This document shows positions 28,933 to 39,662 of a stretch of DNA of 56,629 nt, piece after piece (within the stretch, counting starts at the first letter, position 1; every line of letters starts with the position of its first letter). Origin of the DNA: Bacilli bacterium (GTDB lineage: Bacteria; Bacillota_I; Bacilli_A; RF39; UBA660). The notes beneath the pieces were generated by a model that was not told the DNA's origin, made no database searches, and saw only the letters and a program-made list of their open reading frames with translations. The stretch lies in the NCBI GenBank assembly GCA_017625395.1, contig JAGALD010000006.1, forward strand, positions 1-56,629, read 5' to 3'. The position numbers and the translations under genes were made by a program.

Positions 28933-30759
28933 ATGAGCGAAATTAAAAATAGAAGTGAAATAAGTAATGAATATAAATGGGATTTAACTGCTATATATAA
29001 AAGCCTTGAAGATCTTAAAAAAGATGAAAAAAAAGTACAAAAACTAATAGATGAATTACCAAAATATGAAGATATTATGTTAAATAGTGCTAAAGACTTA
29101 TATGATACTACAACAAAAATGTTTGAAGCAGCAAGAATAGTAGAAAAAATATATACTTATGCACATTTAAAATATAATGAAGATATTACATTATCCTCTT
29201 CAATAGAATTATTAGAAAAAGCAACAAATATAAATATTAAATTCAATCAAAAAATATCATATTATGACTCAAAATTGTTAAGTATAGAGTATTCAACTAT
29301 TGAAAATTTTTATAAAGATTATGAAAAATTAAAAGAATATGAATTGTTTTTTCAAAAAAACTTCAGATATAAAAAATATATGCTAAGTGAAACGGAAGAA
29401 AAATTAATTGCAGATTTACAAAAAACTTTTACTGATAATGAAACATTATTTAGTAATTTAACTGATTCTGATATAGATTTTGGAACAATAACTGATGAAG
29501 ATGGAAATAAAGTAGAACTTACAAATACAAATTATAGTAAATATGTTAAATCAAACGATAGAAGAGTAAGAAAAGAAGCATTCCTTACGTTATATAATGT
29601 TTATAAAAGATTTAAAACAACACTAGCATGTTGTCTTGAAGGAGAAGTAAAATCTAATGTAACGTTTGATAAAATAAGAGGATATGAAAACTCTCTTCAA
29701 GCATCAATGTATAAAGATGAACTTGAACCAAAAGTATATAACGCATTAATAGAAAGTGTATCTAAAGGACTAGAACCATTATATAAATATTTTAGATTAA
29801 AAAAAGAAGTTCTTGGATTAAAAGAATTTCATATATATGACACATATGCAAATATGATAGAAAAATATAACAAGAAGTATAGTTACGAAGATGCCAAAAA
29901 AATTATAAAAGAAGTATTATCAATTTTTGGAGAAGAATACTCATCATATATCGATAAAGCATTTAAAGAAAAATGGATAGATGTATTACCTAATAAAGGA
30001 AAAACAGGTGGAGCATTCTCTGGTGGAGGATATGATACTTATCCATACATCCTTACAAACTTCCAAAATGAATATGATGATATATCTACTTTAATACATG
30101 AATTAGGTCATTCTATGCATAGTTATTATTCAAGAAATAATAATACATACCCATATAGCAGTTACTCTATAGTAGTAGCAGAAGTAGCATCAACAGTAAA
30201 TGAATTACTACTTGCAAAACACATATTAAAAACATCGACAGATATCGAAGAAAAATTATACATTTTAGATAGACTTATGAGTTTATTTAAAGGAACAATT
30301 TATAGACAAACAATGTATGAAGAATTTGAAAAATTCCTATATGAGAAAATAGAAAAAGAAGAAAGTCTTACTGCAGATATCCTATGTGATAAATTCTATG
30401 AATTAAATAAAAAATATTTTGGAGAAGATGTTGTATTAGATGATGAAATAAGATACGAATGGGGAAGAATGCCACATCTATATTACAATTTCTATATGTA
30501 TAAATATGCAACTGGGCTATCTGCTGCTTGCTACATCGTAAATTCTATATTAGATGGAAAAGAAAATGCAGTTGAAAACTACATAAAATTCCTAAAAACT
30601 GGTAGTACTATGGCACCAAACGAAGAATTAAAAATAACTGGTGTTGATTTAACAAAAAGTGAAGTATGTGATAATGCTATAAAGATGTTCTCCGAAATAG
30701 TAGACGAATTTGAAAAAACATATAATGAGTATAAAAGAAGTGGTGGAGTAAATGAATAA
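28933..30759 (+). CDS. pepF: oligoendopeptidase F (M3B)
   Basis: N-terminal YKWDLTAIY, zinc motif HELGHSMH, 608 aa. Confidence 0.9.
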   Translation: MSEIKNRSEISNEYKWDLTAIYKSLEDLKKDEKKVQKLIDELPKYEDIMLNSAKDLYDTTTKMFEAARIVEKIYTYAHLKYNEDITLSSSIELLEKATNINIKFNQKISYYDSKLLSIEYSTIENFYKDYEKLKEYELFFQKNFRYKKYMLSETEEKLIADLQKTFTDNETLFSNLTDSDIDFGTITDEDGNKVELTNTNYSKYVKSNDRRVRKEAFLTLYNVYKRFKTTLACCLEGEVKSNVTFDKIRGYENSLQASMYKDELEPKVYNALIESVSKGLEPLYKYFRLKKEVLGLKEFHIYDTYANMIEKYNKKYSYEDAKKIIKEVLSIFGEEYSSYIDKAFKEKWIDVLPNKGKTGGAFSGGGYDTYPYILTNFQNEYDDISTLIHELGHSMHSYYSRNNNTYPYSSYSIVVAEVASTVNELLLAKHILKTSTDIEEKLYILDRLMSLFKGTIYRQTMYEEFEKFLYEKIEKEESLTADILCDKFYELNKKYFGEDVVLDDEIRYEWGRMPHLYYNFYMYKYATGLSAACYIVNSILDGKENAVENYIKFLKTGSTMAPNEELKITGVDLTKSEVCDNAIKMFSEIVDEFEKTYNEYKRSGGVNE

Positions 30760-31873
30760 AAAAGATTATTATGAGACATTAGGTGTATCAAAAGATGCCT
30801 CAGATGCTGAAATAAAAAGCGCATTTAGAAAATTAGCAAAACAATACCATCCAGATGTTTCAAAAGAAAAAAATGCAGAAGCAAAATTCAAAGAGATTCA
30901 AGAAGCATATGCAGTACTATCTGATGAGCAAAAACGTAGACAATACGATCAATTTGGTCATGCAGCGTTCGATGGTGCACAAGGTGCCGGAGGATTCGGC
31001 GGTTTTGATGCATCAGGATTCGATTTTGGTGATATATTTGATAGTATCTTTGGTGGCGGATTTGGTTTTGGTGGAGGAAATGCAAGAAATACAAATAGAC
31101 CAAGATCAGGAAATGATAGACTTATAAGAATAAGACTAACTTTTGAAGAAGCTATTTATGGATGCGAAAAAGATATTAAACTTGAAATTAATGATAAATG
31201 TGATGAATGTGATGGTAAAGGTGGATTTGGTGAAGAAACATGTTCTAGTTGTCATGGAAGTGGTACTGTAACAACAGAACAAAGAACAATGTTTGGAACA
31301 TTTATGTCAAAAACAACTTGTAGTAAATGTAATGGTCTTGGTAAAAGCTTTAAAAAATCATGTTCTAATTGCCATGGTAATGGACGAGTTATAAGTAATA
31401 AAACAATAACCGTCAATATTCCAAGTGGTGTTGATAATGGAAATAGATTAAGACTTTCTGGAAAAGGAGAAGCAGGAATAAACGGCGGTCCTAACGGAGA
31501 CTTGTATTTGGAATTTGTTGTAGAAGATCATGACTTTTATGAACGTGATGGAGATGATATTTATTTAACAGTTCCAATCACTATAACAGAAGCAGTACTA
31601 GGATGCAAAAAAGAAATTCCAACAATTCATGGTAATATCAAGTTATCAATACCAGCAGGAAGTAATAACGGAGACAAACAAAGAATTAAAGGAAAAGGAA
31701 TTGATAATGAGTCATCAAGAAGAAAAGGGGATATGTACATTATTCTAGATGTTAGAATACCTAAAAAATTATCTCGTGAACAGAAAAAATTATTTGAGTC
31801 CCTTGAAGATACTGATTTAAATGATTCAAATATTGAAAAATTTGAAAAATTTACAAATAAAAATGATAGATAG
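30752..31873 (+). CDS. dnaJ: molecular chaperone DnaJ
   Basis: J domain (DYYETLGV...HPD), G/F-rich region, four CxxCxGxG zinc motifs. Confidence 0.97.
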   Translation: MNKKDYYETLGVSKDASDAEIKSAFRKLAKQYHPDVSKEKNAEAKFKEIQEAYAVLSDEQKRRQYDQFGHAAFDGAQGAGGFGGFDASGFDFGDIFDSIFGGGFGFGGGNARNTNRPRSGNDRLIRIRLTFEEAIYGCEKDIKLEINDKCDECDGKGGFGEETCSSCHGSGTVTTEQRTMFGTFMSKTTCSKCNGLGKSFKKSCSNCHGNGRVISNKTITVNIPSGVDNGNRLRLSGKGEAGINGGPNGDLYLEFVVEDHDFYERDGDDIYLTVPITITEAVLGCKKEIPTIHGNIKLSIPAGSNNGDKQRIKGKGIDNESSRRKGDMYIILDVRIPKKLSREQKKLFESLEDTDLNDSNIEKFEKFTNKNDR

Positions 31874-31904
31874 ACAATATATTATAATGTATTGTCTTTT
31901 TTTA
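31872..31904 (+). terminator. rho-independent terminator after dnaJ
   Basis: AGACAATA-loop-TATTGTCT followed by T7. Confidence 0.7.
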
Positions 31905-31946
31905 TAGATTGTGTTATAATTAACTGCATTCAAAAAGGAGGAGTAT

Positions 31947-33263
31947 ATGTTAAATTCAAATGTTAAGAACTTGAAAATATTTAAAACTGGGCTTGCATTA
32001 ATGTTAGCATCAACACTTGCATTTGCAGAAGCTCCTCAAGAAGAACATTATTTAATGCAAAATGATTATGTTCAAACAACAACCAAAGTAAATATGCGAA
32101 CAGATAACAGTATATACGGAGATTTAATATATGAAATTGAATCAAATCAAGCATTACAAAGAATATTATCTTGCAGTGATAACTGGGATTTGGTTATATA
32201 TAAAAATAAAATTGGTTTTGTGTGTAGAGATTATGTAATAGATGTATCAGAAAAAATTGATGATTTAGAAATAGAACATCAAGATGGATATATTAAAGCA
32301 AATACAGGAGTTAATTTAAGACTAGGACCAAGTACAAACGATAAAATCATAAGTAGCCTATCTACTGACGATTTAGCAGATGTACTAGGGAAAACAACTG
32401 ATGGATGGTATCTAGTATTATATAAAGGAAAAATTGGATATGTTTCAGGTGAATATGTTCAATATCAAGAATCAATTCCATTAAAAAGTGAAGACGGAAA
32501 GTTATATATTTATAGTGAGTCTAATGTAAATTTTAGAACCGAGCCAAAAAAAGACTCTGATAAAATAACATTAATAAAAAAAGGAAATAAATTAGAAGTT
32601 ATATCACAAGAAGAAAACGGCTGGTACAAAGTATTATACAATGGTCAAATAGGGTACGTAAGTAACGAATTTACGACATTTAATCCACCTGGATCATATA
32701 GAAACGATGTATTAAGAGTGGTATATGCAAAAGGAGAAATAGAATTAAAAAATTCTCCAAATCAAGATGCAGGAACCATCTATACAATGAATAAATATGA
32801 AACATGTGAAGTACTCGCTGCAACAAAAGATAAATACTTCGTAAGATGCGCAGGAAAAATTGGTTATATTTCAAAAGATAAAACAAGTCCATTATATAAT
32901 ACATTTGTAGTTATAGATATAAACGATCAAAAATTAGTTTTATATCAAGATGATCAAATCCTGCTAGAAACAAATATCGTAACTGGACAAAAAGATCAAT
33001 ATGACACGCCAGAAGGCCTATATAGCATTAGAAACAAAAAAACAGACACATTCTTAGTAGGAGAAGACTATTTCACTCACGTTGACTACTGGATGCCTTT
33101 TAACGGTGGAATAGGATTACATGATGCAACATGGAGAAGAAAATTTGGTGGAAATATTTATGAAAAAGACGGAAGCCATGGATGCGTAAATATACCTGCA
33201 GAATATGCGGATGATATATTCTACACAGTAGAAAAAGGAACAAAAGTATTAGTACACAAATAA
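31947..33263 (+). CDS. L,D-transpeptidase (YkuD domain) with repeated SH3b domains
   Basis: Signal peptide and about four SH3b-like repeats (..GWY.V.Y.G.IGYV...Y). Catalytic HDATW...SHGCVNIP. Confidence 0.85.
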   Translation: MLNSNVKNLKIFKTGLALMLASTLAFAEAPQEEHYLMQNDYVQTTTKVNMRTDNSIYGDLIYEIESNQALQRILSCSDNWDLVIYKNKIGFVCRDYVIDVSEKIDDLEIEHQDGYIKANTGVNLRLGPSTNDKIISSLSTDDLADVLGKTTDGWYLVLYKGKIGYVSGEYVQYQESIPLKSEDGKLYIYSESNVNFRTEPKKDSDKITLIKKGNKLEVISQEENGWYKVLYNGQIGYVSNEFTTFNPPGSYRNDVLRVVYAKGEIELKNSPNQDAGTIYTMNKYETCEVLAATKDKYFVRCAGKIGYISKDKTSPLYNTFVVIDINDQKLVLYQDDQILLETNIVTGQKDQYDTPEGLYSIRNKKTDTFLVGEDYFTHVDYWMPFNGGIGLHDATWRRKFGGNIYEKDGSHGCVNIPAEYADDIFYTVEKGTKVLVHK

Positions 33264-33268
33264 AAAGT

Positions 33269-33295
33269 AAAGACATATTAAAATGTCTTTTTTTA
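33269..33295 (+). terminator. rho-independent terminator
   Basis: AAAGACAT-attaaa-ATGTCTTT followed by a T-run. Confidence 0.7.
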
Positions 33296-33374
33296 TTACA
33301 ATTTATGTTATACTATTATTAATATCAAAACAACATACATTATTACATAATAAATAAGAAAGGATAGAATTTAT

Positions 33375-33788
33375 ATGACAACGAATAATCAATCATATAA
33401 CAGAATAAGAAAATTTATAAGAGAAAATCCGGATTTAAACGAAAAAAGAAAAAGAATGTTAATACACTATGCAACACAATTATATACTAATAACGTAGAA
33501 AACGTAGAAGTAGTAAATAGTGAAGATATTCTTGACGATTTAAGAGTATTAAATGAATATTTAAGTCAAGGCGAAAATACAACTGTCGTTGCAAAAAGAC
33601 TTCAAGAAGAATTAAATATATTTGCAATGCTTCAAGAACATTATAAAAATGGCACAGATAATTTAGATGAAATTTCAGCAGCATTAGATAAATTATTTCT
33701 AGAAACTGACTTAGGAATCAGAGAAAAAAGTAATTTGTCATATTCATTGATAAAAGAAAGACATAGAAAAGAGACAAGAAGACAATGA
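33375..33788 (+). CDS. hypothetical protein (137 aa), upstream partner of the RelE/ParE-like gene
   Basis: Its stop overlaps the next start (ATGA, 33785..33788). Helical, with a basic C-terminus. No motif recognised. Confidence 0.55.
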   Translation: MTTNNQSYNRIRKFIRENPDLNEKRKRMLIHYATQLYTNNVENVEVVNSEDILDDLRVLNEYLSQGENTTVVAKRLQEELNIFAMLQEHYKNGTDNLDEISAALDKLFLETDLGIREKSNLSYSLIKERHRKETRRQ

Positions 33789-34687
33789 GTAAAGACGATT
33801 TAAAAATTTTATTTAGAGAAGCTGAAAAAATAAATCTCAATGACTTATCATGTGATAATACAAAAAAATTAAAAAGTATAAAACAAATATATCAATTTAT
33901 ACAAACTTTAAATACCAATTATAAAGGAATAATTGAAAAATTTGAAACAACAAAAATAAGATTTGATGACTATTATGATGCAGAAAATTATCATGGACTA
34001 GAAATAATAAATTATTTTAATGAATCATATCCATATAATGACAAAGCCGAAGTATGTGAACTATTTGCATTATATGTTATATTGAAAAACGCTCAAGATT
34101 TAATTTGTGGTTTTGACTTATATGATGGTGACATAAACACATTATATGACGAATTAAACAATAATGGATATTTTGAAGATATATTATCTATGATTGATTA
34201 TTTAGAAGAAAAAAGAGCATTAAGAGAAGAACAAGAAGAAAATGAATTAGATTTTTTAAATCCAGATAACAAATACAAAATATTATTTACAGGATTTGCA
34301 CATAAAGACATTTTAAGTCTTGAAAAAAATACCAAAAAATCATTAATTAAGAAAATATCAAAACAGCTAGCAACTAGTGAAGTAGTCCCATTAACCGAAG
34401 CTGTTGACCATGTTAAATGCTTATATGATTTTCCATTATTTAGAGTTCAACTAGCCGATGATTATAGAATTGCATACATAAGAAGAAAAAATGTAACAGC
34501 AATTTTAGGAATTACCTTAAAAACAGGAAGAGACATTGACTACAGTAGATATGACGCAATAGCAAAAAACTCAGAGCAAATATATAGAGAAATAGATTTA
34601 TTTTCAAATGATTTGTTAGATGGTGATTCACAACATTATAAAACAGTTGCCCATCTTCAAGAATTAAATAAAAAAAGAAATAAATAA
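33785..34687 (+). CDS. protein with C-terminal RelE/ParE-superfamily toxin-like domain and ~160-aa N-terminal extension
   Basis: YKILFTGFAHKDILSLEKNTKKSLIKKISKQL...LFRVQLADDYRIAYIRRKNVTAILGITLKTGR.DY follows the RelE/ParE pattern (y.i.ft..a.kdl..L.k....i.k.i..L...R.RvGDYRiiY.i......il.v..R...Y). Confidence 0.55.
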   Translation: MSKDDLKILFREAEKINLNDLSCDNTKKLKSIKQIYQFIQTLNTNYKGIIEKFETTKIRFDDYYDAENYHGLEIINYFNESYPYNDKAEVCELFALYVILKNAQDLICGFDLYDGDINTLYDELNNNGYFEDILSMIDYLEEKRALREEQEENELDFLNPDNKYKILFTGFAHKDILSLEKNTKKSLIKKISKQLATSEVVPLTEAVDHVKCLYDFPLFRVQLADDYRIAYIRRKNVTAILGITLKTGRDIDYSRYDAIAKNSEQIYREIDLFSNDLLDGDSQHYKTVAHLQELNKKRNK

Positions 34688-34721
34688 ACTACCAAAAAAA
34701 TAGCCTACCAAAGGAGAATAT

Positions 34722-35921
34722 ATGAAAAAAACTTTTATTGCGGTATCAATAATTTGTATACTAACAATTATTTCAACATATATTTATAATTATCACATAA
34801 AAGAAGAAAATAATACATCTAATGAAGAAAATATAAACATAGATGCATATTATAGCGAATTAGTTAAAACAAACAACAATGGAATAATATATTCGATAGA
34901 TAACAATACATATACAAAAGTAGGGGAGTATAAAAAAGATATTAAATTATACTTAGATAAAATTAATAATGAGTACTTTCAAATAAAAGGTACAAATTAT
35001 TATATTAATTACCAAGATGTAGAAAAATATACTGAACCAATTCAAGAAAGATATAAAAAATATCTACCATTAGGAAAGAAAATTATTACAGCGAATGAAT
35101 ATAATTTATACCAAGACAAAAATTCATACATAACTTTAAAAGAATCTAAAACTTTCGAAGTTATTTACATTGATAATAATAAATATTATGTTTTATTCAA
35201 TGATATACTTTACTACATATTAAAAGATAATATTATTAAAGAAGAAACAATTACCAATATAGTATCAAACACAAAAAACATTCCCGTATTAAATTATCAC
35301 TTCATATACGATAAAGACTATGAAAAATGTAATGAAATAATATGTATTGAAAAAGCCTTATTTGAAACACACTTAAAATATTTAAAAAATAATAATTTTT
35401 TAACACTTACAATGAACGAATTTAATTTATGGATGGATGGAACATTAAATTTACCAGAAAAGGCCGTCTTAATTACTTTTGATGATGGAGCACTTGGTAC
35501 TAATACTCATTTAATAGAATTATTAGAAAAATATGACATGAATGCAAGTTTATTTCTAATTACAGCATGGTGGCCAAGATCAAAATATGAGTCTCCTAAT
35601 TTAGAAATATATTCTCATGGTCACGATATTCACTTGGATAACTACTGTAAAAAAGGACCAAGAGGATATTGCTTAACTAAAGAAGAATTAATAGAAGACT
35701 TCTCATTATCTATTCCATTAGTAGATAATAATTTAGCTTTTTGTTATCCATTTTATGCTTATAACAATACAATAATTGAAGCATTGAAAGAATTAAAATT
35801 TGAACTAGCATTCATAGGTGGAAATAAAAAAGCCAAACAAAGTGACAATAAATATTTAATACCAAGATATATTATTTACTATAATACTGATATAAATATA
35901 TTCAAAAAAATAGTTAATTAA
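34722..35921 (+). CDS. membrane-anchored polysaccharide deacetylase (NodB domain)
   Basis: N-terminal TM helix, NodB motifs LITFDDGALGT and YSHGHDIH. Confidence 0.8.
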   Translation: MKKTFIAVSIICILTIISTYIYNYHIKEENNTSNEENINIDAYYSELVKTNNNGIIYSIDNNTYTKVGEYKKDIKLYLDKINNEYFQIKGTNYYINYQDVEKYTEPIQERYKKYLPLGKKIITANEYNLYQDKNSYITLKESKTFEVIYIDNNKYYVLFNDILYYILKDNIIKEETITNIVSNTKNIPVLNYHFIYDKDYEKCNEIICIEKALFETHLKYLKNNNFLTLTMNEFNLWMDGTLNLPEKAVLITFDDGALGTNTHLIELLEKYDMNASLFLITAWWPRSKYESPNLEIYSHGHDIHLDNYCKKGPRGYCLTKEELIEDFSLSIPLVDNNLAFCYPFYAYNNTIIEALKELKFELAFIGGNKKAKQSDNKYLIPRYIIYYNTDINIFKKIVN

Positions 35922-35930
35922 AAGGATCAA

Positions 35931-37154
35931 TTAATTTTGACCCTTTTTTAATTTATCAATAGATTCTTTTATTTGTTTTAATGATCTTTCATATTGTGAT
36001 GTAGTCTTTGGTTCATAATAATTTTTCTTTTTTAAATTATCAGGCATATATTCTTGTACCACAAAGTCGTTAGGATAATCATGGGGGTATAAATAGCCTA
36101 CAGCAGTCGAATTGATATGATTAGGCACTTTACTGCATCTACCAGTTCTAACGTCTTCTAGCGCCTTATTTATAGCTAAATAAGCCGAATTAGATTTAGG
36201 AGATAAAGCCATCTCTATTACAATCTCTCCCATAGGTATAACAGCCTCAGGAAGCCCAACTAATTCTGATGCATCAATGGCAGCTTTTAATCTTGGACCA
36301 AGCGAAGGATTAGCAAGTCCAATATCTTCATAACATATAACACTAAGTCTTCTATAAATACTATCTAAATCTCCAGCTTCTAAAAGTCTAGCAAGATAGT
36401 GTAGGGAAGCATTAACATCACTTCCTCTAATAGACTTTTGAAATGCACTTAACACATCATAATGCCCATCTTCATTCTTATCATGAAAAAAAGCAGGTTT
36501 ATTATTAATTCTTTTCACTTGTTCAACATCAACTTTCTTATCACTAGAAGAATAATATGATATTTCAAGTAAATTATAAGCATATCTTAAATCATTACCA
36601 GATAAAGCTGCAATATACTTAATCGCTTCATCATCTATTTCAATACCCTCTAAATCAGAATGTTTCGTAGCTTTTTTTAATCCTTCAATAATATCATCTT
36701 CTTCAAGAGGTAATAATTCAAATAAATGGCATCTGCTTCTAATTGCAGGATTAATCTTATGATAAGGATTACTTGTAGTCATTCCTATTAAAGTAATCAA
36801 ACCGCTTTCAATCTGCGGAAGAAGTAAATCTTGTTTATCTTTATTTAACCTATGAATCTCATCCATAATTAAAACAATACCATCGTACATCTTTGCTTCT
36901 TCAACAACTATATCAAAATCATGTTTATTATTAATAGTAGCATTTAAAAATCTATATCTAACCCCTAAATCCTTAACAATAGCATTAGCTATAGAAGTTT
37001 TACCAATACCAGGTCTCCCATATAATATCATAGAAGGTAACTTCTTATTATTAACAAGATTTCTTAATACTTTATTTTCTCCTAATAAATGTTTTTGGCC
37101 AATAACTTCATCAATAGAATTAGGAGCAAGTTTTATTGCTAAAGGTTTTTCCAT
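35931..37154 (-). CDS. rarA: replication-associated recombination protein A (RarA/MgsA AAA+ ATPase)
   Basis: Walker A GRPGIGKTS, Walker B LIMDEIHR, and MgsA C-terminal ...HYDVLSAFQKSIRGSD.NASLHYLARL. GAGGTGG RBS serves ATG 37154. Confidence 0.92.
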   Translation of the reverse strand: MEKPLAIKLAPNSIDEVIGQKHLLGENKVLRNLVNNKKLPSMILYGRPGIGKTSIANAIVKDLGVRYRFLNATINNKHDFDIVVEEAKMYDGIVLIMDEIHRLNKDKQDLLLPQIESGLITLIGMTTSNPYHKINPAIRSRCHLFELLPLEEDDIIEGLKKATKHSDLEGIEIDDEAIKYIAALSGNDLRYAYNLLEISYYSSSDKKVDVEQVKRINNKPAFFHDKNEDGHYDVLSAFQKSIRGSDVNASLHYLARLLEAGDLDSIYRRLSVICYEDIGLANPSLGPRLKAAIDASELVGLPEAVIPMGEIVIEMALSPKSNSAYLAINKALEDVRTGRCSKVPNHINSTAVGYLYPHDYPNDFVVQEYMPDNLKKKNYYEPKTTSQYERSLKQIKESIDKLKKGQN

Positions 37155-37263
37155 AAAAACCACCTCAAAAATATTGTATCAAACATTTGTTTATTAATCA
37201 ATTTCTTTTCATTTATACTTACATATATCAATATTTGTTATATAATATATATAAGGTGTAATT

Positions 37264-38187
37264 ATGGAAATAGATATATATGACAATATAAATAATGAAA
37301 TAAAAGATAGCATAATAGATTATATAAATTATTTAAGAGTTGAAAGAAGACTTTCTAAAAATACATATAATTCTTATGAAAAAGATTTAAAAGATTATTT
37401 AATATTTTTAAATAAAAAAGATATAACAACACTTAAAAAAATAGAAAAAAAACATATAATCGATCATTTAGAATACTTAAATAAAAATAAATTAACAACA
37501 ACCTCTATAGCAAGAAAATTAACTGCTATTAAAAATTTTCATAAATATATATATGCCAAAGAATTAACAAAAGATGATGTATCACTTACAATAGAAAGGC
37601 CAAAATTAAGAAAAGCATTACCAAATGTTTTAACAATAGAAGATGTAGATAAACTTCTAGATATTAAACTAAATACACCATTTGACTATCGTAATAAGGC
37701 TATGTTAGAATTACTTTATGGAACTGGTCTACGAATTACTGAACTTTTAGACTTAAAAATAACAGATATTGATTTTGAAAACTGTATTCTAAGATGTTTT
37801 GGTAAAGGAAGCAAAGAAAGAACTGTTCCAATAGGAGAATATATCATTGACGCATTAAATGAATATTTGCCAAAAAGAAATATCCTTTTAAAAGGCAAAA
37901 AAGAAGATTATTTATTCTTAAATAATTTAGGTGGACGACTAAGTAGATTTAGTTTTTTTAAGATACTTAAGAAAATGTTAAAGGAAAGAAATATTAATAA
38001 AAATGTTTCACCACATAGTCTAAGACACAGTTTTGCAACGCATATGTTAGAGTACGGTGCCGATTTAAGAAGTATACAAGAACTTCTAGGCCATAGTGAT
38101 ATTTCAACTACAAGAATATATACACATATTACTAATAAAAAAGTTACAGATGATTATATTGAATATCATCCACGAAGTAAAAAATAG
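37264..38187 (+). CDS. xerD: site-specific tyrosine recombinase XerD
   Basis: Core-binding N-domain, then ...GLRITEL..., HSLRHSFATHMLEYGADLRSIQELLGHSDISTTRIYTH (R-H-R-Y catalytic set). Lies upstream of deoB as ripX does in Bacillus. Confidence 0.85.
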   Translation: MEIDIYDNINNEIKDSIIDYINYLRVERRLSKNTYNSYEKDLKDYLIFLNKKDITTLKKIEKKHIIDHLEYLNKNKLTTTSIARKLTAIKNFHKYIYAKELTKDDVSLTIERPKLRKALPNVLTIEDVDKLLDIKLNTPFDYRNKAMLELLYGTGLRITELLDLKITDIDFENCILRCFGKGSKERTVPIGEYIIDALNEYLPKRNILLKGKKEDYLFLNNLGGRLSRFSFFKILKKMLKERNINKNVSPHSLRHSFATHMLEYGADLRSIQELLGHSDISTTRIYTHITNKKVTDDYIEYHPRSKK

Positions 38188-38199
38188 GAGAGTGTAAAA

Positions 38200-39369
38200 A
38201 TGAATTTTAAAAGAATATTTTTACTTGTTTTAGATTCACTGGGTGTTGGTGAAGCAATTGACGCAAATAATTATGGAGACAATGGTGCTAACACATTAAA
38301 ACATATCATGGATAATTATGACCTTTTTATTCCAAACCTTAAAAAGTTAGGATTTGTTGACACAATAAACATGAATGAAAATGATAATGTTGATGCATAT
38401 TACACAATTGCAAGACCAACAAATACTGGAAAAGACAGCCTAACATCACATTATGAATTAATGGGAATTAAAAGTACTGTGCCATTTAAAACATTTACAG
38501 AAAAGGCATTTCCAAGAGAACTATTAGAAAAAATAGAAGAAGTAACTGGAAAAAGAGTTATAGGAAATAAAGTAATAAACGGTGATGCTATTATAAATGA
38601 ATTAGGAGAAAGACACTTATCTTATGGAAGCCTAATAATTTATACATCTGCTGACTCAACACTTCAAGTTGCAGCACATGAAGATATAATACCAATACCT
38701 AAACTATATAGTTATTGTGAAAAAATAAGAAAAATAACTCTTTCTGATGATTGGCGAATTGCAAGAGTTATTGCAAGACCATTTACTGGAAAACCCGGAA
38801 AATTCAAATTTACTAATGATAGATGCGACTATTCTGTAAAACCACCACATAAAAGTGTAATGGATTATTTGAAAGAAAAAGATTATAGTGTTATATCAAT
38901 AGGTAAAATTAATGATATATTCGATGGTGAAGGAATAACTAAAATTGTAAAATCATCTTTCAATAATATGGATACATTAAACAAAATGACTGATATCATG
39001 AGTAAAAAATTCACAGGACTTTGTATTGCAAACTTAAGTGATTTTGATGCATTATATGGTCATAACAGAGATGTTGAAGGATATGCTAAAGCAATAGAAG
39101 AGTTTGATGTTGAAGTATCAATGATACTAAATAAATTAGAAAATGATGATCTATTAATAATTACTGCAGACCATGGAAATGACCCAACATTCCCTGGGAA
39201 CTCACATACAAGAGAAAATGTACCAGTAATCATATTTGGAAGAAAATTCAAAACACCAAAGAAATTAGAAATATTAGATAGTATGGCAGATATAGCGGCA
39301 ACAATAGCAGAAAACTTTGAAGTAGAAAAACCTGAAATAGGAACAAGTTTTTTAGACAAATTAAAATAA
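38200..39369 (+). CDS. deoB: phosphopentomutase
   Basis: RIFLLVLDSLGVGE, ...ITADHGNDPT...HTRENVP. Confidence 0.93.
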   Translation: MNFKRIFLLVLDSLGVGEAIDANNYGDNGANTLKHIMDNYDLFIPNLKKLGFVDTINMNENDNVDAYYTIARPTNTGKDSLTSHYELMGIKSTVPFKTFTEKAFPRELLEKIEEVTGKRVIGNKVINGDAIINELGERHLSYGSLIIYTSADSTLQVAAHEDIIPIPKLYSYCEKIRKITLSDDWRIARVIARPFTGKPGKFKFTNDRCDYSVKPPHKSVMDYLKEKDYSVISIGKINDIFDGEGITKIVKSSFNNMDTLNKMTDIMSKKFTGLCIANLSDFDALYGHNRDVEGYAKAIEEFDVEVSMILNKLENDDLLIITADHGNDPTFPGNSHTRENVPVIIFGRKFKTPKKLEILDSMADIAATIAENFEVEKPEIGTSFLDKLK

Positions 39370-39379
39370 GCTTTTAAGC

Positions 39380-39565
39380 TTATTTTTTCTTTTCATAACT
39401 ATTACATAAAGTATCATCTTTACTTGTAACATCATCATTACAACATGAAGAACCAACTCTTATCTCATTTAATTTACAATGATTACTATTACAATCATTA
39501 TATAAACAAGTTAACACATTACATTTAATCTTTGAATTAAAATTATTAGAAACTTCCTTTCCCAT
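39380..39565 (-). CDS. DUF1540-like small Cys-rich protein
   Basis: GGAGG RBS then MGKEV... with the pattern C.V..C.YN....C.L..I.VG...C....T.C. Confidence 0.6.
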   Translation of the reverse strand: MGKEVSNNFNSKIKCNVLTCLYNDCNSNHCKLNEIRVGSSCCNDDVTSKDDTLCNSYEKKK

Positions 39566-39662
39566 ACTTACCTCCATTAATATTATTAACAATATATAAT
39601 ATTAATATTTATTAATATTTAAAAAAATGATACAATTTAACATATAAAGAGTAGGTGTAATA

